Shown piece after piece: positions 1 through 10,409 of a stretch of 63,767 nt of DNA. The stretch spans positions 36,587,729 to 36,651,495 of the forward strand of contig JARFYF010000112.1 of the NCBI GenBank assembly GCA_030265395.1, given 5' to 3'. The first letter of the stretch is position 1; each line of letters starts with the position of its first letter. Below the pieces are notes generated by a model, which was not told the origin of the DNA, made no database searches, and saw nothing but the letters and a program-made list of their open reading frames with translations. The DNA is from Rhina ancylostomus (taxonomy: Eukaryota). The position numbers and the translations under genes were made by a program.

Positions 1-76
1 GATGATATTAAGGGAGGTGCAGGTGAATCTCTGTCTCACCTGAAAGGACTGTTTGGGTCCCTGGATGGAGGTGATG
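1..76 (-). mobile_element. Penelope-like element fragment (just upstream of GIY-YIG endonuclease motif)
   Basis: Minus strand translates ITSIQGPKQSFQVRQRFTCTSLNII, matching the FTCxSxNxIY lead-in to the Penelope GIY-YIG domain as recalled. Confidence 0.75.
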
Positions 77-208
77 TCCATATGGTCAGTTCCTTAAATT
101 TTTTTTTATTTTCATTTGAAAACAAGCTTGCTGTAGTTTTTTTGATGTTCACACCAGCTTTTTAAAGGTGCCAGGTTATGATGTGTCAGAATTAACAGTA
201 TCTTTTCT

Positions 209-381
209 GTGCAAGTTAATAATGAAAGTGCCTAATAGTGCCCATCAGATAACCCTTAGGGTCAGATGGTCCTGCAATAATATTGCTAATGAATGCGAAT
301 AGTTTGTTGCTGGTCTCCATTCAACATGATGTGCTCTACATAAAACAAAGGAGTGGATAAATGATATGTTAGGTGCCTTAG
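209..381. promoter_or_regulatory. Duplicated non-coding element, copy 1 (candidate enhancer)
   Basis: Direct repeat of 979-1161. Identical blocks GTGCAAGTTAATAATGAAAGTGC (209-231), GGTCCTGCAATAATATT (268-284) and GTGCTCTACATAAAACA (331-347) are separated by divergent spacers. The duplication is certain; the regulatory role is inferred. Confidence 0.45.
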
Positions 382-509
382 ACCTTTAATGAACTAAATG
401 TTGTGTAAAGAGAGTGGCTTGTAGAATATACACCATCCTTCTGTGGCTGATAAATCAGCAATGTTGTTCATTTTGTTCCAAGCTTTCTTCTCTCTTTCGA
501 TCTTGTTCT

Positions 510-705
510 AGTGTCGTTATGTTTATTTTGTTGTTTTGCGCAGATGTAAGTTATGTATAATTTATGTTAATTTAAGTCCATGTTAACTTATGTCTGTCCT
601 CAACTTGTAATGCACTGTGCTGCTGCTGCAAGAAGCTAATCTTCATGGTATTTATACCCTGTGTATATATACTGATGACAACAATAAACTTGAAATTGAA
701 CTTGA
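510..705 (+). mobile_element. LINE 3' UTR/tail (Rex1/Babar-like)
   Basis: gctgctgcaag...gacaacaataaacttgaaattgaacttgaa short-repeat tail; related tails at about 54060-54150 (+) and 42255-42495 (-). Confidence 0.5.
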
Positions 706-978
706 AGTACAGGTGATGTCACTGGCTAATCTCGGCCCCAGCTCAACATTGGTGGAACTGACCAGCAAGAATAAACTGTCCCTGTCAATGGTTGGGAATC
801 TTGCACTCTTAATGGGGTTCTACAACTCCACTTCTCTTACTGTGATTACTGAAGGTTTTGTCCAGTGATACTTCAGGTCCTGCTTCCCTACAAGTCTCTG
901 CCTACCTGAACCATGTCCAAGATTCACTCAGACCCTAGTATAAAGGGCAGTGTTGCTGACTTCCTTCAGCGCAGTTCC

Positions 979-1161
979 GTGCAAGTTAATAATGAAAGTG
1001 CGACACAGTCCTAATCAGTTAAACCCCAGGAGACAGAAGGTCCTGCAATAATATTCATAATGAATGTGTACAATTTATAGCTGATCAACTCCAGCCAACA
1101 CATAGTGCTCTACATAAAACAGAGGTGCAGATGAATAAAACTCTGTCATCACACGCCTTAG
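979..1161. promoter_or_regulatory. Duplicated non-coding element, copy 2 (candidate enhancer)
   Basis: Same invariant blocks at 979-1001, 1039-1055 and 1105-1121, about 770 bp downstream of copy 1. Confidence 0.45.
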
Positions 1162-1639
1162 TCATAACTGATGTACATTATAAGGTAAACACTGAAATGC
1201 CAGTAATCTGTTTTTAAAGCATCTTCTTAATTTAAAGAATGTAAAACCAGTCATAAAGCTTAGCTTTAATTAATTAATGTATGAGTGGAAATATTCTGTG
1301 TCTGATGAAGAGAGTCTAATTATTATGCCACTCAATGCCTTTAGCACAGATCTATAGAGTGGTAACCGCTCGAATTCTGAGTGAAAGTGTAAGTTCTAAT
1401 TAGTGAGTACAGATCATCAGCACACTGTCAATGTTTCTGAGAGTTCCTCTGCCTTTAGCCACAAAACTGAACTGGGCACATGTCGAAGAAGGGGATCAGA
1501 GCATCAGCGAAGCTGCAAATTCTGTCTCCCCTGAGTAAGACCAGATCCCTAATTGTTCAGAAATATTTGCATGGCAAATATTTAGTTTGGCACCAGAGTA
1601 CTGGAAGGCTTGAAAGAAAGGCATGGATTTCTCCTTGTG

Positions 1640-1850
1640 AATCAGCTGATTGGGGTTTGCATCCAATACCAGGTGACAAGAGTACAACAGTTCAGGCTGG
1701 CATCCCAGCGTAGGAATGAGGGTGTTGTACTGGCAGGGCTGCGATCTTGAATGCAATGTTAAACCAAAGCCTCTCAGACAGAGATCGGAGATTTCAAGAA
1801 GAGCATGAATACCAGCCAAAAGTTATCCCCAGTCACCAGCACGAAAATTA
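1640..1850 (+). mobile_element. Degenerate DeuSINE (SacSINE1/AmnSINE-like)
   Basis: tgagggtgttgtactggcaggg...atgttaaaccaaagcc...ttcaagaagagca resembles the Deu core. Other remnants lie at about 13320-13520 (-), 36020-36130 (+) and 47340-47520 (-). Confidence 0.55.
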
Positions 1851-2399
1851 ATTATCTTTGCAACCTCAGGACTTGCCCCAGGGCCTTGCAACCAATGTGA
1901 ATGTTGCTCAACAAGTTGCACGAATAGCAAAATAAGAAATAGCCCAATAACCTGCTTCTTCTTGGTATTACTCAAGGTGTATGCGTTAGTCAGGACACCT
2001 GCTTTTTGAGCGGTGCTTTGACAATATCTTCCCCTAAGGCTGAAAGCCATCTTCCTTGAATGAAAGTTAAAATCTGGTTCGTGCTGTTGCTGCTACTCAG
2101 CCTGGACATTGTTCTGTGGTTTACATTGTACTGAGGATGAGAGATTTCTTCATCCAATTCCGGGAACAAAAGGGCAGCATCATAACTGCACCATTCAATA
2201 AGCAAGAGAAACTCAGGATTCAATGGTTACCACACACTCTAGCCTGTGTAAGAAGCCATTAATATTTTGTGCAGCTCGATCTCGAGAGGGAGTGGATGAT
2301 AACAGGACCAGAATGGGTAGACACATGTCCTCCTTCAGGTTATCATATCTTCTCATTTAATTTTGAGAAATCATGGGTGTCATCCATACTACTGCTTCA

Positions 2400-2760
2400 A
2401 AATAATTGTTTTTCCTTGTGATGGGAAAGCTCTGGATCCCAAATAATTGTACAAATCTTGGGGGCCTAGCTCAAACCATCAGTTATAATGTGATAACAGC
2501 GGGTCCCCTTCATCACCTCCTTCCTATCTATGTGCAAAGTGATGGTACACCTACAAGAGGCTGGGGTCAGGTCTCACTGTGGGAATAGTCCACTGGACGG
2601 TGATGGAGTTCTGTGCACAATTTCCAGCAATGACACAATCTCACTAATGTGGGTGTCTTACATGGAGGCATATTGGTACCCTGTTCATATTGACCAAGCT
2701 GGGACCTCAGAGTGAGATCAACTGCTACCACCTCTGCCCTCCAGCTGAGGCCACTTGAGG
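2400..2760 (+). mobile_element. Possible highly degraded Gypsy integrase C-terminal fragment
   Basis: VSYMEAYWYPVHIDQ resembles the Gypsy GPVSY...RHIDQL motif; weak match. Confidence 0.25.
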
Positions 2761-3019
2761 TTCCCCTTGGATTCACCAAAAATTACCCACAGAGACAAGG
2801 TCTGTGAAAATCATAAGATCCCAGCTGTGCAGGTACTTGTGGAACTGTGCTGATGAGGACTGAACCTTCTTTGTCTTCTTGTATCATTTCTTTGTTTTGG
2901 AATGGGGTTTTGATGCAAAACTAATTGACCGCTCATCTCCAGTCACCACACTGTATGACCAGAGCACCATGAGGCAAAGCATCCCAGGACAGCAACTGTG
3001 GCTCCACTGGAACAGAGCT

Positions 3020-3372
3020 GGTTGAGAAGAGACTTAACTGAGGTGGGTAAAATTATGAGGACCTTGACAAAGTAAATAGGAAGGACCAATTTTCCTTAGT
3101 TGCTCGTTCAAAGGTTGTCACTTGAAAGTAATCGATAGAAGGATTAGAGGGTATACAGATAAATTGGAACTAGTTGTCTAAAAGGGTGGGAGAGGCAGAA
3201 ATCCTCATCCCCTCATTAAGTAGTACTTCGATGTGTACTTGAAGAGACAGGGGACTACAGAACCAATGATGGAGTGTGGGATTAGACTGAGACGATCTTT
3301 TCTAATTGATACAGATATGATGGGTCAAATGGCCTCCTTCTCTGTGGTAAATTTTTCTATGATTCTATGACT
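3020..3372 (+). mobile_element. CR1-clade LINE 3' end
   Basis: ggttgagaagagacttaactgaggtg...gggtcaaatggcctccttc...ttctatgattctatga tail. Confidence 0.7.
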
Positions 3373-4606
3373 TGTACAAAAAGTTTTCATTCCACAGATC
3401 CAATCCATGCCTCGATTAAATATTGAAAGAACTTGAAATGCCTGCTGTGGTTATTTTGACCTGCGATACGTCACAATACAACCAAAGCAAGCTTGAAAGA
3501 GTAATTCATTAAATTCAATTTGATCTCTGTAAACCATGCTGCTCCAAATCTCCAGAGATCTCACAGAAGGCTTCGCCTCTGTTCATTCTCAGCACCATTT
3601 ACCCTGATGAGTAAATTCAACACTCACAATTCATCGGTAAAAGCATACACTGCTCCGTGAAAGAAGCCATGTTAATTTTGCACAACTCATCCATTGAAGA
3701 TACTTATAACAGCAGGATCACAACAGATCAGTTACATGGGTCTTAGGTTATCATAGTTGGGGCAAAGCATAGCTATACAGGTACTTGCAGAACATCAAGG
3801 CTCTGAGCCTTATATCATTGCCAATGAAGGTTCAGTAAAAACTATTGTTTAGAAACTCAATTGCCTGATGCTGTAGAGTTCATCCAAACTGATTTATGGA
3901 GTTACAGAGGTCCTTATACAGGATTTGGACCCCAGTGCAACCAGCTATACTGAAAGTCACATAGAGAGCCTGTTAAATGCAACAAGAGCCTGATGGCCCT
4001 CAGTTTGGATACAGCACATCTCAGCATCCTGGCCTGTACCCTGATAATGTGTATTCCACACAAGCAGTCTAAAATCAAACAGTGACACTCCTCACTTTTA
4101 TTGATCCACATCCCTCCCAGAGTGAATCAACACAGATAAAAAATCAAACTGGAAGAAGCAACGGGTAAAATTTCAACAAGGAAGAGTGGCTTACTTTTCT
4201 TGTCCTTAATTAGGAGCCAAACCTAATTAAGCATTTCAACAAATGCCAAATCGGGATATAAATATTCCGCCTGTCTTAGCTCCTCAGGGAAAGGTACATT
4301 AGCAGGGGATCTGCTGCCTGCCAGTGTGCAGGAGACATGCAGGGCCAGTGACAACAGGGAGATGTGAGGCTGTGTCCTTGATCAGGAGTTACACAGCCAC
4401 ATGTCAGCCCGTCCTGAGTTCAAGCAGCCTGGTTCAACTAGATCACATCAAGAAATGTACCTGGGGTATGGAGGAGTTTCCTAGCGGGGATGGATGATCC
4501 CACCTGGGAGAGGATATTGGATGGGTGGTCCCACTTGCTGAGGAGATTGTCTTTGTGGAGGGGATTCCCAAGTAGCTTCCCACAGAGTAAGAGGCTCTCC
4601 ACAGGG

Positions 4607-4827
4607 CTAGGGAGGGGATCCTACTGATGGAGGGACTACACTGCGGGAGGAAGGGGATCCCACTGATGGAGGGACTACACTGGAGGAGGGAGGGGATCAC
4701 ACTGATGGACTGCACTGAGGGAGGGAGGGGATCCCAGTGATGGTGGGACTGCACTGAGGGAGGGAAGGGATCCCACTGATCGAGGGACTGCACTGCAGGA
4801 GGGAGGGGATCCCACTGGGATGGAGCT
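4607..4827. repeat. Minisatellite, about 36-40 bp unit, about 6 copies
   Basis: Recurrent ggagggaggggatcccactgatggagggactacactg; explains the repetitive ORFs 4443-4793 and 4697-5134. Confidence 0.9.
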
Positions 4828-5244
4828 TCACCTTGAGAAGATACCCAAGGGGCTTCCCATTGCCTTCTCCATACAAGGGGAAAAGAACATCAGTCTGGAA
4901 GGAGATTTCAACCAGAGAGGAACTTCCTTCAGGATGAGAGTCTGGGGAATGCTTTCCTACTGTGGAAGGGGCATCTTGCTGCACCGGGTATTCCCTCTGG
5001 GGTGTGGACTCTCCCACGGAGGTAGACTTCCCATGAAGAAGAACCAGCCCACCCCCCACACCCTCATCCTCAGATTGAGGACTCCTACTGGGCAAGGATA
5101 CTGTTGTGCCAAACCCTGGACCATCTCCCAGCAAATAACCTCAGTATCAGCATCAACTCATGTCACAACATCTACCATTATGTTACTTCCTTTTCAAATT
5201 GGTTCATTAGTGACCTTTCAGTATTAATGTGATAATTTCATAAC

Positions 5245-5700
5245 ATTTACAGAAATGTAATGTCACCTTACTTTTTTTTATTTTGAAATATACTTTATCC
5301 ACAAAAATTATCAATTACATTTAATACAGAACATTTAGTCAACATTTTCACCACGTCATGTTCAGAATCAGAGTCAGATTTATACCACTGACTTGAAATT
5401 TGTTGTTTTGCGGCAGCAGTACAGTGCAAATTCATTTTACAGTTTTACTTTCTACAGTGTACATTTTACATTCTACAGTATAATCTTATTACAAAATGTT
5501 ATCTGTTACCATTTAAAAACAAACCTTGTGCAAGTAGTTTGTGAGATTTTAACATAGATTTCCAACTAGTTTGTGTGTGGTGGTAGAGGGCCCTAAACTG
5601 TACATGTTTTTGACAGCTAATGTCAGGCATTAAAAAAAGAGGTTGCTGTTGTGCTGAGGCTGCACAATGTTCCCAATGAGCTTAATGCACATCAGCGGTG
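5245..5700 (-). mobile_element. Tx1/L1-like 3' end with A-rich tail; its terminal ~118 bp recurs inverted at 5890-6004
   Basis: Minus strand reads gataaagtatatttcaaaataaaaaaaa; 5245-5362 aligns to the reverse complement of 5890-6004. Confidence 0.5.
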
Positions 5701-6057
5701 AAGAGAGAAACCCAGCCAATGTCTATTCTCTCTCCCTGCTGTGACTAGTTCTAGACTTGATGAAAGGTCATCGGCCTGAAATATTGACTCTGCTTCTCCA
5801 CAGATGCTGACAGACCAGCTGAGTATCTCCAGCAGTCTCTGTTTTTGTTATTTCAAATTTCTAACAACCAAAGTTTGCTTTTTAATATAAACATGATATG
5901 TGGTGAAAATGTTACCTGAGTGTACTGTATTGAATATAGTTCATTATTTTTATGAATAAATTTCAAAATAAAAAGTACTGTAAGATGACTACATTTCTGT
6001 AAATCTCTTATAAGATTATCATATGTAATGTAATGGAAGATGTTTCCACAGAGAGTT

Positions 6058-6168
6058 GACAGGGAGAACATGCAAACTCCACACAGACTACACCCGAGGT
6101 TGGGAGTGAAGCTGGGTCTCTGGAGCTTTGAAGCAGTGGCTCCCAATAGCTGCATCACTGTGCCACCA
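6058..6168 (-). mobile_element. V-SINE (HE1-like) 5' part
   Basis: acagggagaacatgcaaactccacacagac...cactgtgccacc is the reverse complement of a tRNA-derived head plus V domain. Confidence 0.75.
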
Positions 6169-6169
6169 G

Positions 6170-6655
6170 AGGTTAGAGAATCTTTGGAATTGTCTACCTC
6201 AGAGTGTTGTGCAGGCTCGATCATTGGAGGTATTTAAAGAGAAGGTAGCCAAATTTTTGAAAGATCATGAGATTTATGGGGAGCAGGCATAGAAGAGGCC
6301 TGGAATAGATCTGCCTTGATCATATTGAATGGCAGGTCAAGCTCCAGGGGCCGAGTGATCTACTCCTGCTCCTATTTTCTTCTGTTCTCCTGGAGGAGTG
6401 GAGTTTCATGAAGTTTGCATGTTCTCCCCCTGACCAAGTGGATTTCCCCCGTGTGTTCTCTTTCCTCCCACATCCCAAAGGTGTGCGAGTTGGCGATTAA
6501 TTGTTCCATTCAAGTTGCCCCTGATGTGTAGATGAGTGGTAGAATCTGAGGGAAGTTGGTGGGAATTTGGGCAGAATAGGTTACTGGGATAATTTGTGGG
6601 AATGGGATTGCTGCCATGAACTCATTGGGCTGAAAGACTTCCTTCTGTGTCGTAT
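6170..6655 (+). mobile_element. CR1 3' end followed by V-SINE fragment
   Basis: tctttggaattgtctacctcagag...tactcctgctcctattttct, then gagtttgcatgttctccc...tttcctcccacatcccaaag. Confidence 0.7.
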
Positions 6656-6989
6656 GGGAGTATGAAAGTATGTATGTGTTTTCAAGAATTGCATTGGAAG
6701 TTCTCCCTGAGGTCCAAGTCAATAGAAATCTTCATTCAACATCACTAAATTGATTACAAGGTAATGCTGTATGTAGGAGCTGGCCATGCCTGACATGGCT
6801 GCTGCACTTCCTACATTGCTGCAGTAAAAACACCACATCCAATAAAGTAAAATTGCTTTAGGATGATGTGAAAGGTAGTCTGGAAACATAAGTCTTTCCT
6901 CACAACTCTTTGCTTCCTTTGTGCTTCTTGGGCATGAATTTCACTCCATTCTTTGGATCTATTCCCTCATCTTCAGAATTTCCAAGCCA

Positions 6990-7190
6990 TCTATGCCCAT
7001 CCTCCTGGCCTTTGACCCTCTCTGGATCTTTTCATGACATTTTTTTGTATCACTGACCACCTAAATTTTTCTACCCAGTTCATTCATTCTGACCTATCCC
7101 TCACTGAATTGTCGGTGCTTCACATACTAAGGCCCAACCTAAACATTATCATCAAACCTGCTGACAAGGGTGGTACTATTGTCATAATAT
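6990..7190 (+). mobile_element. Penelope-like RT fragment
   Basis: 7133-7186 translates PNLNIIIKPADKGGTIVI, containing the IKPADKG motif of Penelope RTs. Confidence 0.75.
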
Positions 7191-7329
7191 AGACATAGAG
7201 TCACACAGCACAAAATCAGGCCCTTCAGCNNNNNNNNNNNNNNNNNNNNNNNNNNNNNNNNNNNNNNNNNNNNNNNNNNNNNNNNNNNNNNNNNNNNNNN
7301 NNNNNNNNNNNNNNNNNNNNNNNNNNNNN

Positions 7330-7648
7330 ATAGAGTCACACAGCACAAAAGCAGGCCCTTCAGCTGCTGAGTCCACGTTGACCACTAACCACCCCTTTAC
7401 CCTAATCCTACACTGATCCCACTTTATTCTCCCCACATTCCTCCCATCAACTTCTTCCAGATTGTTCCACCCACCTACACAGTAGAGCCAATTTACAGTG
7501 GGATGTGGGAGGAAGCCGGAGCACCAAAAGGAAACCCATGTAGTCACAGGGAGAATACACAAACTCCATACAGACAGAACCTGAGATCAGCTTGGAACCG
7601 GGGTTACTGGAGCTGTGAGTCAGCAGCTCTGCTACCTGTACGCTGCCA
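7330..7648 (-). mobile_element. V-SINE (HE1-like), near full length
   Basis: Reverse complement shows head (ggcagcgtacagg...cccggttccaag), V domain and CR1-like tail. Confidence 0.8.
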
Positions 7649-8089
7649 TTTGACAAACAGATGTCCCCCCCCACCTTGCGAAAGCTGATTGGCACCCCTC
7701 TGACACCTCCCTCTGGGCCATGATCACTGAACATCAGACCGTCATTGCCCAGACTTTCTTAATTTCCATTGAAGATCTTCCCTCATAACACTATAGTATA
7801 AGAACATATGAAATGGAAGCAGAGGAAGGCCATTCTTCACCCACCCCTGGCCTGCTGTACTATTCGATAAGATCATGGCTGACCTTTTATCTCAGCTCCA
7901 CTTTTCTGCTCACTATCCCTTGATTTCCTTAAGGTCTAAGATTTCAGTGTGGGGTCACCAGGGCCTGATGTAACTGCAGCAAGACATCTCTATCTTGCCC
8001 TCAAATTCTCTTGAAATGAAGGCCAACATACAGTTTCCCTTCCTAATTACACTGAAGATAAACTGTTGACCTCAAAATCCATCTCATCG

Positions 8090-8290
8090 TAGCCCTTGCA
8101 CCTTATTGTCTACCTGCACTGCACTTTCTCTGGAATGGCAACACCATATCTTGCATACTGTTTTTTTTTTCCCTTTTATTCCAGCTCAATGTACTTACTT
8201 TATGTTTTGAATTGATCTGTATGGATGGCATGCAAAATAAAGTTTTTTCACTGTATCTTGGTATATGCGACGATAATAAAACAGTTATCA
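8090..8290 (+). mobile_element. Rex1/Babar-like LINE 3' UTR
   Basis: ccttgcaccttattgtctacctgcactgcactttctct...gataataaaac; same tail as 13590-14105 and 24470-25010. Confidence 0.7.
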
Positions 8291-8829
8291 ATTTCTTACT
8301 ATATCTGTGCAATAACCATAAGTGATTCATGCATAAGAGCAGTTAAGACACTATTAACACCAAAAACCTTCATGAATTTAGGTAGAAAATATATATTTTT
8401 TATTTTCCCTGATGTGTTCTTAGTCCCCAGTATCACTTCACCTGTCTCAGTCTGTAAGGAAATCACATTAACTTTTGCTAATCTTTTCCTTTTTACATTT
8501 CCGTAGAACCCTTGTTCTTTTATGGTTCTGAGTAGCCAGTTCTTGTATTCTACTTCCCCTTTGTTCATCAATGCCCGATAAGGTCCATCTTCCTGTCACA
8601 AATGACCTGTTTCCATCTTCCACCCTAAGATCCACAAGGAGTACTGTTCCAGTAGACCTATTTCTCCAGACTATTACTGTCACACGGAACTTATTTCTTT
8701 CAATATTGACTATTTTCTCACTGCTTACTAGTCTCTTCCTTCCTACACATTTCCTTCTTCAACTATTTTCAGTGTCTTGGCCCCACCCAGCTCACTTTCG
8801 CCCTGGATGTCCAATCCCTTGACAGTGGG

Positions 8830-9800
8830 AGGTCCAAGGTAAGACCAACCAGTCTTCCTCTGCCTCCATATTCCTTCACATAGCTGACCCTGGTCCCACA
8901 TTGAACGACATCTCAGACTCCCCAATAAAAGCTCAGCATTGGGAACCCACATAGTTTAAGGCATGCCACAGGCAGAACATTCCTGAACCCTGGGGACTCT
9001 CCATTTACAAGTTCTGACTCTGACCCTTCCCTACTGTTCTCAGGAGTCTCAGCATCTGGGTTGGTGGGTGCAAGGGGCAGAAACAGGGACAGCATAGCTT
9101 CCCTTCTCAGGGTCCTGCAGCTCATCAGGAGCTTGAGCCAGGTCAGATATCCGACAAATCTGAAATGAGAAAGGCAGAAGCATACAGTGCCACTGAGAGG
9201 CGGGAGTGGGTAAGAGAGCTATGTTTGCATAGGGCACAGTGTGGATGAGGGGAGGTAGGCTGTGAGAGGAAACAGTGGCAATGAGCTTGCTGCGACACTC
9301 AATGATCCATGGAGGTCATGGGCTCTGTGGCAGCAGAGACCATACCCCCTCACTGGCTGAGCGGCTTGGCTCCAGAGGAACCTCCACTGGCTTGTGGCTG
9401 CAGCCAGTGTCTGTGAGAGGGAAGGGACTGAGTATACTTCATGTCTATAAAATGACTTCCATAGCTAAATAGCTAGGAGATGCTTGTGAGGGTGTTGGAG
9501 CAGTGGTGAGTCAGCATGTGGTGGCAGGTAAGAGTTGTGTCTCCACCAACCTTGGCAACACGAAAACAATCATTACAGCACAAGCTCCCTTCCCATGCAT
9601 AGCGCTTCCAGCCATTCCTTCCGGACCAGCCCTTTCCATTGCTGCTCCCAGCAGAATGGCGTTTTGTGTATTTGACTGTGTATTGTAAGGCCTCTTTCTG
9701 CACTACTCCCTGCCCCTGTCCTTGTGCAATCTTTGGTGAACTGTGCATTGACTTCTGGCAGGGGTTATGTTCAACACTGAGCTTCCCTAGAAGAGTTGGA
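8830..9800 (-). mobile_element. Possible degraded PIF/Harbinger Myb/SANT accessory gene remnant
   Basis: AWEG...NDCFRVAK followed by a GT donor, then a downstream acceptor and an acidic S/T-rich segment (APTNPDAETPENSREGSESELVNGESPG); resemblance from memory only. Confidence 0.25.
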
Positions 9801-10409
9801 GCCTTACCATCACTGGCACAATTCGACAGGAGCACAGAGCTTACAAAATTATTCACACTTGACATGTGGTAATAGGGAGATGAGCATGAAAACCATGAGC
9901 CAACAGCATTGGGACTCCCACACAGCACCATCTGTGCACTTGTCTCTCCAGGCTATCGTTTCAAGCCGATTGCTTCACAGAATTTGTCAGTGTCACGGAC
10001 ACTCTGATCTAAATTTTTTAATGTAGTAAATCCCGTAATATGGGGAAGTGAATTGAAACCAAACAAAACATGGAACAATCAAGTGTCATGTTTACCCTGC
10101 AGCCAGATAGAGGGTCTCACTGACTGTATCTCCTCCAGCCTGGGCACCAGCTGCTCTGTCCCAAGATGTTCTTGAATTATCATCTTCTTCCCATTATACA
10201 CTGGAACAGCATCTTGCTTAAAAGATGGGGGTGATGAGGGGGTGGTATGGGGGAATGGGCCATGGTGATTTGCAGTTGGGAGTAGAGAGGAAGGAGGGAT
10301 AAGGAAAGTCCAAGGACAAGGGGCAAAACATCATTTTAAGGCATTTTGTGAATATGGGTAGAGTAATAAGCAGCATGTGTATACACTGTGTACCTATGGT
10401 CATTCTATA

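Noticed and set aside
209-245. AAAGTGC miR-17/miR-430-type seed in the twin modules
   Set aside because: No fold-back precursor is visible, and the bases 3' of the seed differ between the copies.
205-350. Twin modules as duplicated minus-strand coding exons (acceptor-like ttttatgtag)
   Set aside because: All three frames of copy 1 close quickly, indels break the frame between copies, and there is no third-position bias.
3620-3705. Minus-strand phase 1-1 exon candidate (SSMDELCKINMASFTEQCMLLPMN)
   Set aside because: It needs a weak AAG acceptor with an in-frame stop directly upstream, and no domain is recognisable.
8442-8451. 10-nt minus-strand micro-exon with plausible splice sites
   Set aside because: It gives an immediate stop when joined to the phase-1 leader exon and has no other support.
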